Shown here: positions 49,761 through 60,387 of the stretch, piece by piece
Layout: each line of letters opens with the position of its first letter
Numbering within the stretch: position 1 is the stretch's first letter
Origin: Candidatus Wolframiiraptor sinensis
GTDB taxonomy: Archaea > Thermoproteota > Nitrososphaeria_A > Caldarchaeales > Wolframiiraptoraceae
Assembly (NCBI GenBank): GCA_023261815.1
Contig: JALNKA010000001.1
Coordinates: forward strand, 128,001 to 192,000
Length of the DNA stretch: 64,000 nt
Direction of reading: 5' to 3'
Notes under the pieces: generated by a model
The model's database searches: none
Seen by the model: only the letters and a program-made list of their open reading frames with translations
What the model was told of the DNA's origin: nothing
Program-made: the position numbers and the translations under genes

Positions 49761-50237
49761 GCTGAAAGAGGAAGACCATCCATAAGCATCACCAGCTACG
49801 AGTTGAGGGGCAAGTGGTCGTCAACGATTAATGGACTAGATATTAGTGATTGCCACGAATCATCATGCCAGAATACTGCCATATTTTCCTCGAGACCTCT
49901 CCCGGCCACCAACATTTCTATTGTTACCCTTCCGGGCTAAAAGCAGTAAACGTTTATCGGGCACCTACTGTCCTCAACAACCCGATTAAAAGCTTATTTC
50001 TCTTATCAAGGCTTTCTCGCCAACTTTTAGCCGGAATTCTTCCCCCAAAAAGCACCACAACTGCTAGGACTAAGATGAGTATTTTTCGCGCTAAATTTCC
50101 GAGAAAAACTCAGGCGAATTTAATAGAATATGATGGAAGCTCATTCGGAAATGAGGTTTTTGAAACTTTAGACGGTTTAAGTCTCTTGGAAAGCCGTCTA
50201 AGGTCAGGCGGATAAGGTAATAGGGCAGGATGCTGAG

Positions 50238-50396
50238 ATGATAAACCTGACGATACCAGGGTCCGAAAAAAGAGAGCTAGACGGCTACATCATCATGCTA
50301 CTCGGCGTCGAGCCTCAAAGAGAGTACCCCGACAAGGTAGAAATCCCCCAATCTAGCTACGAGATCACTCTGAAGGTCTCACAGAGACTACGCTAA
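50238..50396 (+). pseudogene. C-terminal fragment of an exported beta-rich protein
   Basis: MINLTIPGSEKRELDGYIIMLLGVEP...SYEITLKVS within degenerate intergenic DNA. Confidence 0.35.
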
Positions 50397-50544
50397 AATG
50401 TTGCTGGAATGATCAGATCAAGAGGAGGTTAGGAGACTTATAGAGGGTTATAGAGCAATAATGCGGCATCGTGAGCACTTTTATCCTGAAAAACGGTTAT
50501 ATGTCCTTCGCAAAACTATGGTTAATGGAGGTGCTTAATGGTTT

Positions 50545-50946
50545 TTGAGCGGCTTCAGGAAGGAGGCCAAGGACTGGTTTGATGGCGCCATGGTGGATCT
50601 TGAAGAAGCACGCTCAGCTTTATTAAATAACAGAGTTAATTGGGCATTATTTGCAGCCCATCAAGCCGTTGAGAAAGCTCTAAAATCGGCCTTCATGATC
50701 CTTAAAAGGGAGAGGCCTCCCAGAACGCATGATTTGGTTAGATTGCTTGGCGAATTAGGCTTAGAGCTTCCTGAAAACTTGAGAACTGGAATTTCAGAGC
50801 TCTCCCCATATTACGTTTTAGCTAGGTATCCGAATGCTGGATTGGAGAGACCTTGGGAAAGCATTGATAGAACCCTAGCTGAAAAGCTCATAAACGTGGC
50901 CGAGGAAGTGGTGAGAAGCATTGGCAGAGTTACGGGACTTGGATAA
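50545..50946 (+). CDS. HEPN domain protein
   Basis: AHQAVEKALK, RPPRTH (Rx4H), ARYPNA. Confidence 0.93.
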   Translation: MSGFRKEAKDWFDGAMVDLEEARSALLNNRVNWALFAAHQAVEKALKSAFMILKRERPPRTHDLVRLLGELGLELPENLRTGISELSPYYVLARYPNAGLERPWESIDRTLAEKLINVAEEVVRSIGRVTGLG

Positions 50947-51268
50947 ACTGGAGATTCCAGAGGAAATCAAGAAAATTCTCAAAGACTTCATTGTAAAGGC
51001 CAAGGAGAATCTAGGCGACGTGGAAATATATCTCTTCGGAAGCTATGCTAAAGGTAATTGGCTATATGACAGCGACTTAGACCTAATACTCGTCTCACCA
51101 GCATTCAAGAATATCGACATGAGCAGGAGATATAGGATCGTGAGAGAGCTCCTACCCGCGAAAATATCCGTGGAACTACTTATTTATACACCAGAAGAAT
51201 TTGAAAGACTAAAGAAGAAAAGCATAATCCTGCAGGATGCAATGGAGTATTGGGTCAAGCTATTATAA
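50921..51268 (+). CDS. Minimal nucleotidyltransferase (MNT)
   Basis: LFGSYAKG...SDLD and YTPEEF. Confidence 0.93.
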   Translation: MAELRDLDKLEIPEEIKKILKDFIVKAKENLGDVEIYLFGSYAKGNWLYDSDLDLILVSPAFKNIDMSRRYRIVRELLPAKISVELLIYTPEEFERLKKKSIILQDAMEYWVKLL

Positions 51269-51555
51269 AAAATGGCTTTTGAAGTAAGAGATCTCTTGAA
51301 GAGAAGGAGCCCATGGGCCCTTACCTGATTTAGAAGCTTGTTACGTTTTTCTCAGCTCCCTTCAAGCTATATTCTGGGAAGTATCATCAAACTATATAAT
51401 TCTTAATTCTTTTTAAATGGTGTGGAGGTTTAATTATCGTATCTCCTAACCAATGGTTTACAATGATTGGCGCTAATTTCTCAGTTTTAGCATCGATTAA
51501 ACCATGTAGATGTTCTAAGATAACTATTTTTCTATCAGTTTATGAGTAGAAGCTA

Positions 51556-52386
51556 TTACTTTCTTCGGAGAACATCAATGAATTTTTCAACGAAGTCCAT
51601 GGTCTTTATGATATTCTTTGAAAATCCATAATCCCTTAGCTTATCTGCAAGAAGGGTTACGTGAAGAGGCGTTAATCCAGCCTCTGTTAAAAGTTCCTCG
51701 TTAACAAGTACCTTCTCGGGTGGGCCGTCTGCGATTTTTATTCCGTCTTTTAATATTATCACCCTATTGGCAAATTCGGCTGCCAGGTATAGATCATGAG
51801 TTATCATCATGATTGATCCACCATTTTCCCTATACTTCAAAAGGATGCGCATCAATTGGAGACTTCTCTTGAAATCTATTCCCGTTGTTGGTTCATCAAG
51901 TATGAGGAACTCGGGCTTCATAGCTATAACTGATGCTATTGCAACTCTGTGTTTCTCACCAACGCTAAGAAGATGTGGAAAAGCATTAAGCGGTTTATCT
52001 AAGTCTACGATTTTAAGAGCTTCCTCAACCCGCCTTTTAACCTCTTCTTCCGGTAATCCTAAGTTCCTAGGACCAAATGCGATTTCATCGTAAAGAGTTG
52101 AAGCAAATATTTGATGTTCTGGATTCTGAAAGACATATCCAACAATGCTGGCGCGCTCTGAGACTGTTAGATCTTTAATATCTTTCCCCTTTATTAAGAC
52201 CATTCCTTCATCAGGCTTGAGTAATCCGCTCATAAGCTTCGCGAGTGTTGTCTTTCCAGATCCATTTTGCCCTAGTAGCGCGATGAATTCACCTTGCTCT
52301 ACGGTCATGGTGATACCATTTATCGCCTTTATTCCTCCAGGATATGTGTAACTTACATTAATTACTTCTACAAGTGGATTTGCCAT
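51556..52386 (-). CDS. ECF transporter ATPase A'
   Basis: GQNGSGKTT, FQNPEHQ, LDEPTTG. Confidence 0.92.
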   Translation of the reverse strand: MANPLVEVINVSYTYPGGIKAINGITMTVEQGEFIALLGQNGSGKTTLAKLMSGLLKPDEGMVLIKGKDIKDLTVSERASIVGYVFQNPEHQIFASTLYDEIAFGPRNLGLPEEEVKRRVEEALKIVDLDKPLNAFPHLLSVGEKHRVAIASVIAMKPEFLILDEPTTGIDFKRSLQLMRILLKYRENGGSIMMITHDLYLAAEFANRVIILKDGIKIADGPPEKVLVNEELLTEAGLTPLHVTLLADKLRDYGFSKNIIKTMDFVEKFIDVLRRK

Positions 52387-53233
52387 CTTCGAGAACCCTC
52401 CTAAAAATTTCATACGCATCTTTGAGCGAAATGGGTATACTCGGTAGGATTATCCCTCTTTCTAGAAGTTTATAAGCTATTTCAGAAACTTGCGGAGGTC
52501 TAAATCCATATCTCTCAACATCAATCTTCTTTGAAAATATTTCTGCAGGCCTCCCCTGCATCTTTATCATCCCATTATCCATGACTATCATTCTGTCAAT
52601 ATGATTCACAGCCCATTCAACTTTGTGTTCTACGGCCAGAATTGAGACTTTGAAATCCTTCTTAAGTTTAAGGATAAGATCCGTTATTCTTCGGGTACCT
52701 TGAGGATCAAGCTGGGAAGTCGGCTCGTCCAGTATTATTATCTTGGGCCTTAGAGCTAGGACAGAGGCTATAGCGAGGGCCTGCTTTTGGCCTCCGGATA
52801 AGCTAGCTGGCGACCTATCTTCCAGACCTTTTAATCCAACTATATCCAATACCTCTCTTATTCTTCTTCTTATCTCTTCAGGTGGAAAGCCTAAATTTTC
52901 CAATGGGAAGGCAACTTCATCATAAACTGATGATGTGACGAGCTGCATTTCTGGGTTCTGAAAAACTATTCCAATATACTGTGAAAGCTCTGCTGGAGAA
53001 GTTTTAAAGGAATCAAGACCGAAGACACTGACACTTCCTTTAACTTCAGCTTTAATTACTCTTGGAACAATTCCCACTATGGTATAGCATAAGGTTGTTT
53101 TACCACATCCGCTCGGTCCCGTCAATAGTACGAACTCGCCCTCTTTTATTTCGAGCGAAACATCTCTGAGTGCGTAATCCTCCTCACCTCTATATCTCAC
53201 CCATAAGTTCTTAATTTCTATCGCAGCGGTCAT
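52358..53233 (-). CDS. ECF transporter ATPase A
   Basis: GPSGCGKTT, FQNPEMQ, LSGGQKQ, LDEPTSQLD. Confidence 0.93.
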   Translation of the reverse strand: MTAAIEIKNLWVRYRGEEDYALRDVSLEIKEGEFVLLTGPSGCGKTTLCYTIVGIVPRVIKAEVKGSVSVFGLDSFKTSPAELSQYIGIVFQNPEMQLVTSSVYDEVAFPLENLGFPPEEIRRRIREVLDIVGLKGLEDRSPASLSGGQKQALAIASVLALRPKIIILDEPTSQLDPQGTRRITDLILKLKKDFKVSILAVEHKVEWAVNHIDRMIVMDNGMIKMQGRPAEIFSKKIDVERYGFRPPQVSEIAYKLLERGIILPSIPISLKDAYEIFRRVLEDGKSTCRSN

Positions 53234-53238
53234 AATTA

Positions 53239-54042
53239 TCACCTCACAAATGGCATAATACAGAAGATCAGGCCTAACACGTAAATCAGCCCGCCGAATA
53301 TTAGAAATAAAGTATCCCTAAACTCCCATCTCAGATTTTTCGAGAATGTTCTTTGAAGCGAGAGCCCAAATCCCTTGCTATCCAGCGCGACGCCGAGTTC
53401 AATGGCACTCTTCATCATTCGTATCATTAATGGCGTGAATATGGTGACATATTTCCTTAACCTGCTCGGGAGATTTCCTTTCCTCAAATTAAGAGCTCTG
53501 GACTCTTGTGCATCAATTATCAGCTTCACTTCATTGATTATAGTTGGTAAGAACCTTAATGCTAGAATCGGAATATACGCTATCTTGTATGGAACCCCAC
53601 ATCTGACTAAGGCTTGGAAGAGGTCTCCTGGTTTTGACGTAGTAAGCATCGTGATGACCGCAATGATGGGACTTAAAACTAGGAAAGCCTTACTTAACGC
53701 CAAATTTAATACTAGATCTGTATAACTCCAGCCCAAAATCGGGATTGTAAGAATGGGTACCCCTCCTCGAGGAGCTGATGCGGGCCAAAAAATTAAGCTG
53801 AAGAAGAGGATGACAACAGTTAATATTCCCACGAGCTTAAGCCAGAATGCTGGCGGTCTAGATATAATTAAAGCGATGATTACTGAGGCATAGATTACCG
53901 CGCCGTAAATGGGACTTAAAAGATAATTTCCATTATATATGGAAAAAGCGAGCACCACAACAGCCCATATAATCTTAGCTCGTGGGTCAAGTTTATGCAT
54001 AATGCTTTTGCCAGGTGAATATAAACCATATTCGAAAGACAA
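53239..54042 (-). CDS. ecfT: ECF transporter T component
   Basis: HKLDPRAK, ALRFLP, AQESRA, ALDSKGF. Confidence 0.93.
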   Translation of the reverse strand: MSFEYGLYSPGKSIMHKLDPRAKIIWAVVVLAFSIYNGNYLLSPIYGAVIYASVIIALIISRPPAFWLKLVGILTVVILFFSLIFWPASAPRGGVPILTIPILGWSYTDLVLNLALSKAFLVLSPIIAVITMLTTSKPGDLFQALVRCGVPYKIAYIPILALRFLPTIINEVKLIIDAQESRALNLRKGNLPSRLRKYVTIFTPLMIRMMKSAIELGVALDSKGFGLSLQRTFSKNLRWEFRDTLFLIFGGLIYVLGLIFCIMPFVR

Positions 54043-54085
54043 TTTCCATCACCAAAAAGAATGAAGGTTTAAAGAACGCTCGGCA

Positions 54086-54934
54086 TCATTCAGCGAAAGT
54101 CACGCGATCGGACCAGTGGAGCCCCCATTTCTTCACAACAGGATACAACACATAGCCTAGAGCTGGTCCAACTATTGCGGTTACTATCGCGTTGTTAATG
54201 AATACGAATGGTGCAAACCAGCCCCAGATGAATAGTGGCGGTAGGCCTACGAGTGGTTGAGCAACGTCAAGCCACCAGGAGATATATAGAGCGCACCATA
54301 GTGAGCTCACCAAAACACCCCATAGGTAGAAATCGAAGATCGATTTGCTGGACCTCAACGAATGGTCTCTCATGAACTTGTAGGGAATGTAACCTAGTAG
54401 GAAGTTCCCGATGAAACCTCCTATGCTTCCAAATCCTAAGTAGCCTCCTAAAGCATCGGCAATCAAGTTCCCGAAAGCCAGGCCAATGCATCCAGGTATC
54501 CCGAAAAGTATCCCGAAGACCGGTGCCAACATATTGGCCGGCCGAATCCATGTAAACCCTGGAATAACTATTAATCCTGCAGTAACTACCAGTCCCCCAC
54601 CATATATCGCGGCAGCCAGCGCTGCTATGGCTATATCAATTGAATCCCATTTTATCGTTTGTTTTACGAGCTTTTTTCCTTTGATTGTTCTTCCAGAGAG
54701 CTCCATGATGAATAATACAGTACCAATTATCCATAATATTCCCGCAACAATTCTCCAGAAATCAAAGCCTAGGCTAAGAAAGGCTGCTCCCCAGCTCCAG
54801 ACTTGCGGCCCTCTCTCCCAGATGATGCCACTTGCAGCAGCGAAAGTTACGCCTCCCCAAATGGCTATCGCTATAACTATTATCGCTAGGATTATTGCGA
54901 GGGGTGTGTAGTACCTACCATCCATTATACTCAT
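54086..54934 (-). CDS. ECF transporter S component (QueT-like) with extra N-terminal TM segments
   Basis: AALAAAIY, IRPAN, GILFG, GNLIAD. Confidence 0.8.
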   Translation of the reverse strand: MSIMDGRYYTPLAIILAIIVIAIAIWGGVTFAAASGIIWERGPQVWSWGAAFLSLGFDFWRIVAGILWIIGTVLFIMELSGRTIKGKKLVKQTIKWDSIDIAIAALAAAIYGGGLVVTAGLIVIPGFTWIRPANMLAPVFGILFGIPGCIGLAFGNLIADALGGYLGFGSIGGFIGNFLLGYIPYKFMRDHSLRSSKSIFDFYLWGVLVSSLWCALYISWWLDVAQPLVGLPPLFIWGWFAPFVFINNAIVTAIVGPALGYVLYPVVKKWGLHWSDRVTFAE

Positions 54935-55224
54935 CCGGACTTCACCCCCTTCTTAGGGATCTTAATCCAAACGCCAATGCCCAGGGCTACTAGTATCAAG
55001 CCTATAATATTCGGTATATAGCTGGCCTCCGCTGCAACCTTTCCATAAATCCCTGCTTGGAGAAGGGCTAAGTATATGCCAAAGCTTATCAGCCACCCTA
55101 GGCCGACGAAAAGTGCCAGCAAACCGCCTCTCTTCTTCATTAAAGCCATCGCAAGTCCCATCAATGTGATGATTACTCCCAAGATCACGATAATATCCCA
55201 TCCTAAGAAAAGTTCCATTTTCAT
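54931..55224 (-). CDS. Small 3-TM membrane protein, first gene of the ECF operon
   Basis: Hydrophobic ORF with ATGA coupling to the S component. Confidence 0.75.
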   Translation of the reverse strand: MKMELFLGWDIIVILGVIITLMGLAMALMKKRGGLLALFVGLGWLISFGIYLALLQAGIYGKVAAEASYIPNIIGLILVALGIGVWIKIPKKGVKSG

Positions 55225-55617
55225 GATACTGAAAAACTTGATTTCCTCTTAATTAAGTTTTATTGAAATTTTGGTAGCAAAATAACATGATTCAGCAAAC
55301 CGGTAACTCGGAATACAAAGTTCCGGAAAAGCCCTGAAAAGCATGAATAAATTCGGAGAAAACCTGAGTTTGGCCATCGAGAATCAAACTTAGTTAATTG
55401 ATGGCTGGTGTAATTTAACTTGTGCCACCATCTTTTTCACGTATCTTCGGGATTAATATTGAGATGCCTGAGCTTAAGCTCGTTGGCGATCAAGAGGTCT
55501 TTTTTGAATCAAAGTCTTATCATAATGTGAAGACATTGAAAATCAATGTTTAGTGTTTGTTAAATGTTTGGTAACTGCTGACCTAATGCTTTACGCTTTT
55601 AAGAATTTTGAGTCTAG

Positions 55618-56043
55618 TTATTCGAGGCGCTTTGGTGCTACTTCAAAAGCATTCTGAACTTCGAATCTTCTGAAAAAGATTTTCATCATTCTTTCAGACG
55701 CGTATAGAATCTCACCTTCTTCTAGAATCTTTAGAATGAATCTATTCTCTTTCTTGAGCATCTCAGAGAATTCTTCTATAGTGTACCCCACGGGCTCCAA
55801 TGGCAGCTTTAATTCATCATTGAGCTCCAGTAGAAGTTTGATTCTATCGAGGAAATTTTCCCTGAAATCCGCGACGACCAGTAGGTCTACGTCAGATCCT
55901 TCATTGAAATCTCTTCTAGCAAATGAGCCGAAGAGCATTATTAAGTCCGGTCTAAGTTTTTGAATTATTATTTCCTTATATCGCTCTATCTTTGAAAAAA
56001 TTTCCTGACTTCTCTCAATATCGACTCTGCGTAGTTTATACAC
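55618..56043 (-). CDS. Minimal nucleotidyltransferase (MNT)
   Basis: LFGSFARRDFNEGSDVD and YTIEEF. Confidence 0.92.
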   Translation of the reverse strand: MYKLRRVDIERSQEIFSKIERYKEIIIQKLRPDLIMLFGSFARRDFNEGSDVDLLVVADFRENFLDRIKLLLELNDELKLPLEPVGYTIEEFSEMLKKENRFILKILEEGEILYASERMMKIFFRRFEVQNAFEVAPKRLE

Positions 56044-56396
56044 GTGGAAGCCACCTCCTTAGTATAATACTTGTATGGAGCCCCTGATGGATAAAAATTC
56101 GGATATCGTGAGGCGATATAATGTCTATCCAGCTCTCTACCATAATCGATGAGTTCCTTGAAAACTTCACTAAACTTTGAAGCCTCCTCAAGCAACTCCA
56201 TAACGGAATGTGTGATGATCGCTCTATAACCCTTCAAGTATAGAAGACCCTTAAGAGCTTTCTCAGCAGATTGTTGCGCGAAGAATGAGGAGGCATAATA
56301 ATTTCCACTTTCCAAGCAATCTCTAGCCGTCTTCAGATCGGCCTCAGCTTGGTCAAGCCATCTTAAGCCTTCCTCAAAATTCCCCATAGAGATCAT
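55986..56396 (-). CDS. HEPN domain protein
   Basis: AQQSAEKALK, RAIITH (Rx4H), YIASRYP; start may be 56387. Confidence 0.93.
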   Translation of the reverse strand: MISMGNFEEGLRWLDQAEADLKTARDCLESGNYYASSFFAQQSAEKALKGLLYLKGYRAIITHSVMELLEEASKFSEVFKELIDYGRELDRHYIASRYPNFYPSGAPYKYYTKEVASTCINYAESILREVRKFFQR

Positions 56397-56519
56397 CCTC
56401 CGATTCTAAAAACATAAACAGGTGGTGAATTATATTGCTTTTCTTCTTCCCGCATGCGCCGAGTCCAACATTCAATAGCGGCATTGTTGATCGTTCGGGA
56501 AAATAAAAAGTTAGTTAAA

Positions 56520-57296
56520 TTATGGAATCTCCTGTTTTACTGATCTTCCGCATTTGCCGCAGAATTTGTCGTCTGGTTTGAGCGGGTTTCCGCAGTATCC
56601 GCAGAATAGATTTGGCTGCGCGGTTGCGAGTTGAGGTGTAGATATGATTGCGGCTGATTCTTATACATTTGCGGTCGATCTGCCGATGAAGACCATGAAA
56701 ATCGGGGATATTATGAGAGTTATGATCCATCCAATGTATGGTATGAATGATATTCCGCTCAGCACCAGACTTATCGCGAATAATATGATGATCCATAACA
56801 TGTAGTTTCCCCAGCCTACGGCTTTGATTTTAGACAATATCGCGTTGAAATCGAACGCGCTTCCCAGCTTTCCCACTTTAACCATATGTGCTATCGCCAT
56901 AATCGCTATTATCGTTATGATGAACGCGAGTATTATCCCGGCAACCATTAGTATGCTTCCCATTATGCCGAGCCCGATCATGGGCATGAAAATGCCGGCC
57001 ATAATCATCGAGGCTGCTCCAATCGCTATCAGTATTATTGGCACTATCATGTAGACTATCGTGACGGCGAATACTTTTGCACCATCTATCCAGAGCTCTC
57101 CATATTTCTCAAGGCGCGGCGGATCGGTGCTTCCTGGCGACTCCTTGATAACTTTTGCAAAATAACCCGTTACGATGAAATTGACTATCGGTATTATGTT
57201 CAGTATTATGAGCGCCACGAGCCTCCCAATGCTCTTGAACAACTTAATAGTGTATTCATAGGAGTCTCTAAGATTCTCTTCAAGTTTCATTTTCAT
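56520..57296 (-). pseudogene. DUF4013 membrane protein with C-terminal zinc ribbon, interrupted by an in-frame TAA at 56661-56663
   Basis: IIPIVNFIVTGY motif. The same frame continues after the stop as ESAA...FCGYCG...FCGKCG...EIP*. Confidence 0.85.
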
Positions 57297-57625
57297 GATT
57301 CCTCCAGCCTTGAGCCGCATCCACTGCAGTATAGATAGTCAGACGGATTTGCTCTTCCGCATTTGGAGCATATCTTCGTGGAAGGCGCAGCAATTTGTGT
57401 AGCTTTTTCTTGGACAGCTGATTTAACTAGAACTACATCTCCGAGAGCGAGTATTTGAGATGATGGGATTGCCTCTTCCTCTCCCTCTCCCAACTTATCG
57501 TATATCAGGACGATCTTTCCCTCTTGGTCGTATCCTATGTCTTTGACCTTGCCGAGGCGCACAGCATTATCAGAGATAATGTCTTTACCAACGATCTCAT
57601 CCCTTCTGAAAAACTTTTTACTCAA
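57293..57625 (-). CDS. PRC-barrel protein with C-terminal zinc ribbon
   Basis: IVGKDII...LGKVKDI...GDVVLVK and CSKCG...CSGCG. Confidence 0.85.
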   Translation of the reverse strand: MSKKFFRRDEIVGKDIISDNAVRLGKVKDIGYDQEGKIVLIYDKLGEGEEEAIPSSQILALGDVVLVKSAVQEKATQIAAPSTKICSKCGRANPSDYLYCSGCGSRLEES

Positions 57626-58080
57626 AAAATCATCACCACTTATTTGCGGTGATTATGCTCTTCTGATGTTTATAAGTTTCAAAATTGTCCTATAAGAAAA
57701 TCATGGTTTAGAGAATTAATAATGGATAGAGCATTTCATGATCATGCAGTCCTAAAACAGGACATTGATTGGTAGGCGGATCCTGCATTAACCAGAGCTA
57801 TCCCTTTTTGATCGAAGCTGGGCACACTTGTAACCTACATGCCAAGCTCGCTAGTGATCTTATGATTCCACTTGATTTCCTTGGGAGTTGGAATAATCCA
57901 TCCCGAGCATGCATTCTCAGCGCTAGGTTCCTCATTCTAATCAAAAATTCGCGGGATCATGATGCTTTAGCGGATACATTTTTCGCGGTCATTCCTGTCC
58001 TAGCCACGATCGCGGTGTTAAGAGGGAAGAGCAAAGAAAGCTTAGAACTCAAGATGAGGATGCAGGGCTTGCTAACGGTA

Positions 58081-59409
58081 TTAATGATGAGTGCTGCTCT
58101 CCTTGACTTGGCTCACCATTTCTCTGAACTTTTTTATTTGCTCGTTATGATCTACTATGGGCTCGTAGTAACCTCTTATCCTGTGTCTTATCGGGTCATG
58201 AATCCTCTCACATTCATGGTCCGTCAGCTCAGGGATGTACCTCTTTACATACAGGCATAATGGATCATATTTTTCTGCTTGCCTCACGGGATTGAATATC
58301 CTAATCGGCAGAGGGTCTACGCCCACCGAGGCGGACCACTGCCAGTTGCCCACATTAAGGACCTCATCATAATCTATGAGGTGCTCTTTGAAAAATTCTT
58401 CTCCAATCCTCCAATCCACGAGGAGGTCTTTGACCAAGAAGTTGGCCACTATTAACCTAACCCTATTGTGAATCCATTTTTCAGCCTTCAGTTGCTTAAT
58501 GCCGGCATCCACGATGGGATAGCCGGTCTTTCCCTCCTTAAAGGCGCTAATCAGATACTTGTCATTCTCCCACATGATTCCTCTTCTACGAGGATTGAGC
58601 TCCAAATCTCTCATGTAAGGGTATCTGCGCTTTAGGTGGTAGTAGAACTCTCTCCAAGCTAACTGCCTCACAAACTCCTCGGAGAATCTCACAGCCCGGT
58701 TGAATACCTCCCTCACGGAGACTATGCCGAGGCTTATGTATGGAGACAGCTTTGAGGTGCCATCCAAGTAAGGGTAATCCTTGGTTGCGGCATATTTTTT
58801 GTAGCTGAATGATTGAAGTCTATGAGAATACCAGTCGGCTCTCCATATCCGCTCTTCAGGAATCCTCCAACCATTTCTCTTGCACAGCTCATTCAGGTCC
58901 GGTTCGTCTATCTCGACGAAATTATCGGGTGGGACTTCTCCAGCAGTTTCGGCATTGACGAGCCTTCTCCACTTTCTATAAAACATCGTGAAATTTATCG
59001 GGGAGCCCAGGGAGGATGGGTCGGCCAGCAGGTTGTCGATTATCTCGATGAGCCTTACGCCACTTCTTCTACAGACATCCTTGATCTCCTGAACCAATGC
59101 GTCTTCATGCCATGATAAGGGTGATGCCGTGTAGATCGCGTCAAACCTATATCTCCCCAATAAGTGCTCGAATGCTTCACGCGTTTTATCATAGAGCACA
59201 TGTAGCCTCATTTTAGAACCTAAATTTCTCAGGGCGTCCAGAAGAAATATGAAGCGCGGGTCGTCGAAATTCATCTTTCGATCCCTCAGGACTTCAGGAT
59301 CTATTACAAAGACTGCCGCCACTTTATCGGCCTTAGATGCCGCCTCGATTAGCGCCTTGTTATCTCTTATCCTCAGATCACGCCTGAACCAGTAGAGAAC
59401 CCTCATCAC
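58081..59409 (-). CDS. phr: Deoxyribodipyrimidine photolyase (class I/III-type)
   Basis: WFRRDLRIRDN, TSKLSPY, WREFY, TGYPIVDA, HNRVR, NWQW. Confidence 0.96.
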   Translation of the reverse strand: MMRVLYWFRRDLRIRDNKALIEAASKADKVAAVFVIDPEVLRDRKMNFDDPRFIFLLDALRNLGSKMRLHVLYDKTREAFEHLLGRYRFDAIYTASPLSWHEDALVQEIKDVCRRSGVRLIEIIDNLLADPSSLGSPINFTMFYRKWRRLVNAETAGEVPPDNFVEIDEPDLNELCKRNGWRIPEERIWRADWYSHRLQSFSYKKYAATKDYPYLDGTSKLSPYISLGIVSVREVFNRAVRFSEEFVRQLAWREFYYHLKRRYPYMRDLELNPRRRGIMWENDKYLISAFKEGKTGYPIVDAGIKQLKAEKWIHNRVRLIVANFLVKDLLVDWRIGEEFFKEHLIDYDEVLNVGNWQWSASVGVDPLPIRIFNPVRQAEKYDPLCLYVKRYIPELTDHECERIHDPIRHRIRGYYEPIVDHNEQIKKFREMVSQVKESSTHH

Positions 59410-60322
59410 CCGACCTCCCTAGGGTTATTAAGCGCATTACCTCATCACCCCTAAGCTCTTCGAGTAGCCTTGAAATAGCTTTCTCCTTTTTCTTCGCCTC
59501 CACGATTATGTCTATCGCCCGCTCCCCGAGAAATAAGGAGATCAGATTTTTGAAATCTCTTACTTCCACGTAATCTCCGTGCTCGCCAAAGCGGTGAGCT
59601 CGTTGTGGTGCTGATGACAGGTGAGTCTCGGGGACGATGTTCCTCCAAGTGGAGACCAGCCTATCCATGCTGAACTTCGACGGGTTTAGCGTATGATGGT
59701 AATAATCGAGGACCGCTGGGAGGCCGAGCGATTCAGATATCTCTATCACCTCGGACATCGTGTAATGTCTCTCATCATTTTCCAGCGCGAGCCTTCTTGT
59801 AAGCCACTTATTGTTTTCTATCGTTTCCTCAAACCTCTTGAGGGCTCTCATTTTATCACCGTAAACTCCCCCGACATGTACCACTACGAGGCTCTCATCC
59901 CCCAGACCTAAAGTGTCTAGCACCCAGAAGTGATACCTCAACTCCGCTAAAGACCTCATTATGACGTTCTCGTTTGGACTATTGAGCACCACATATTGCC
60001 CCGGATGCATAGTTATCCTGATGCCGTAGTCTCTCACTCTATCTGCCGCTTCCCTCAAGATTCTCTCGATCGCCTTAAACCACCCTCGATTGAAGCGCGT
60101 GTGAGATGCGAATGGAATGAAATTGGAGCCCAGTCTAAATATCGTCAAGCCCATTCTCCTAGATAGATCTAAGAGCTTCATAAGATCATCCAAATTCCTC
60201 TTAAAGACTTCTAGTAACCTATCCTCGCTCAGGCTGCGGAGCTTTATCCTATGATTCGTGGACAGCCTGTTATCGCTCGTCGAGCAGAAGAATCCAAGCC
60301 CTACTCTCAGCTTGACGACCAC
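59378..60322 (-). CDS. uvsE: UV damage endonuclease
   Basis: FRLGS, MHPGQY, HVGG, LEND, DYYHH, EAKKKE. Confidence 0.95.
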   Translation of the reverse strand: MVVKLRVGLGFFCSTSDNRLSTNHRIKLRSLSEDRLLEVFKRNLDDLMKLLDLSRRMGLTIFRLGSNFIPFASHTRFNRGWFKAIERILREAADRVRDYGIRITMHPGQYVVLNSPNENVIMRSLAELRYHFWVLDTLGLGDESLVVVHVGGVYGDKMRALKRFEETIENNKWLTRRLALENDERHYTMSEVIEISESLGLPAVLDYYHHTLNPSKFSMDRLVSTWRNIVPETHLSSAPQRAHRFGEHGDYVEVRDFKNLISLFLGERAIDIIVEAKKKEKAISRLLEELRGDEVMRLITLGRSGDEGSLLVQA

Positions 60323-60387
60323 GTTCTCTGTGCGTGAGAAGCAATCTTAAAAGTTGAGCGCTTAAATTCATTGGGAATGGGTAAGAA

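Noticed and set aside
49850-50215. 121-aa ORF
   Set aside because: No motif or RBS; lies in degenerate AT-rich DNA.
57769-58260. 163-aa plus-strand ORF
   Set aside because: Overlaps the photolyase 3' end antisense and has no recognisable motif.
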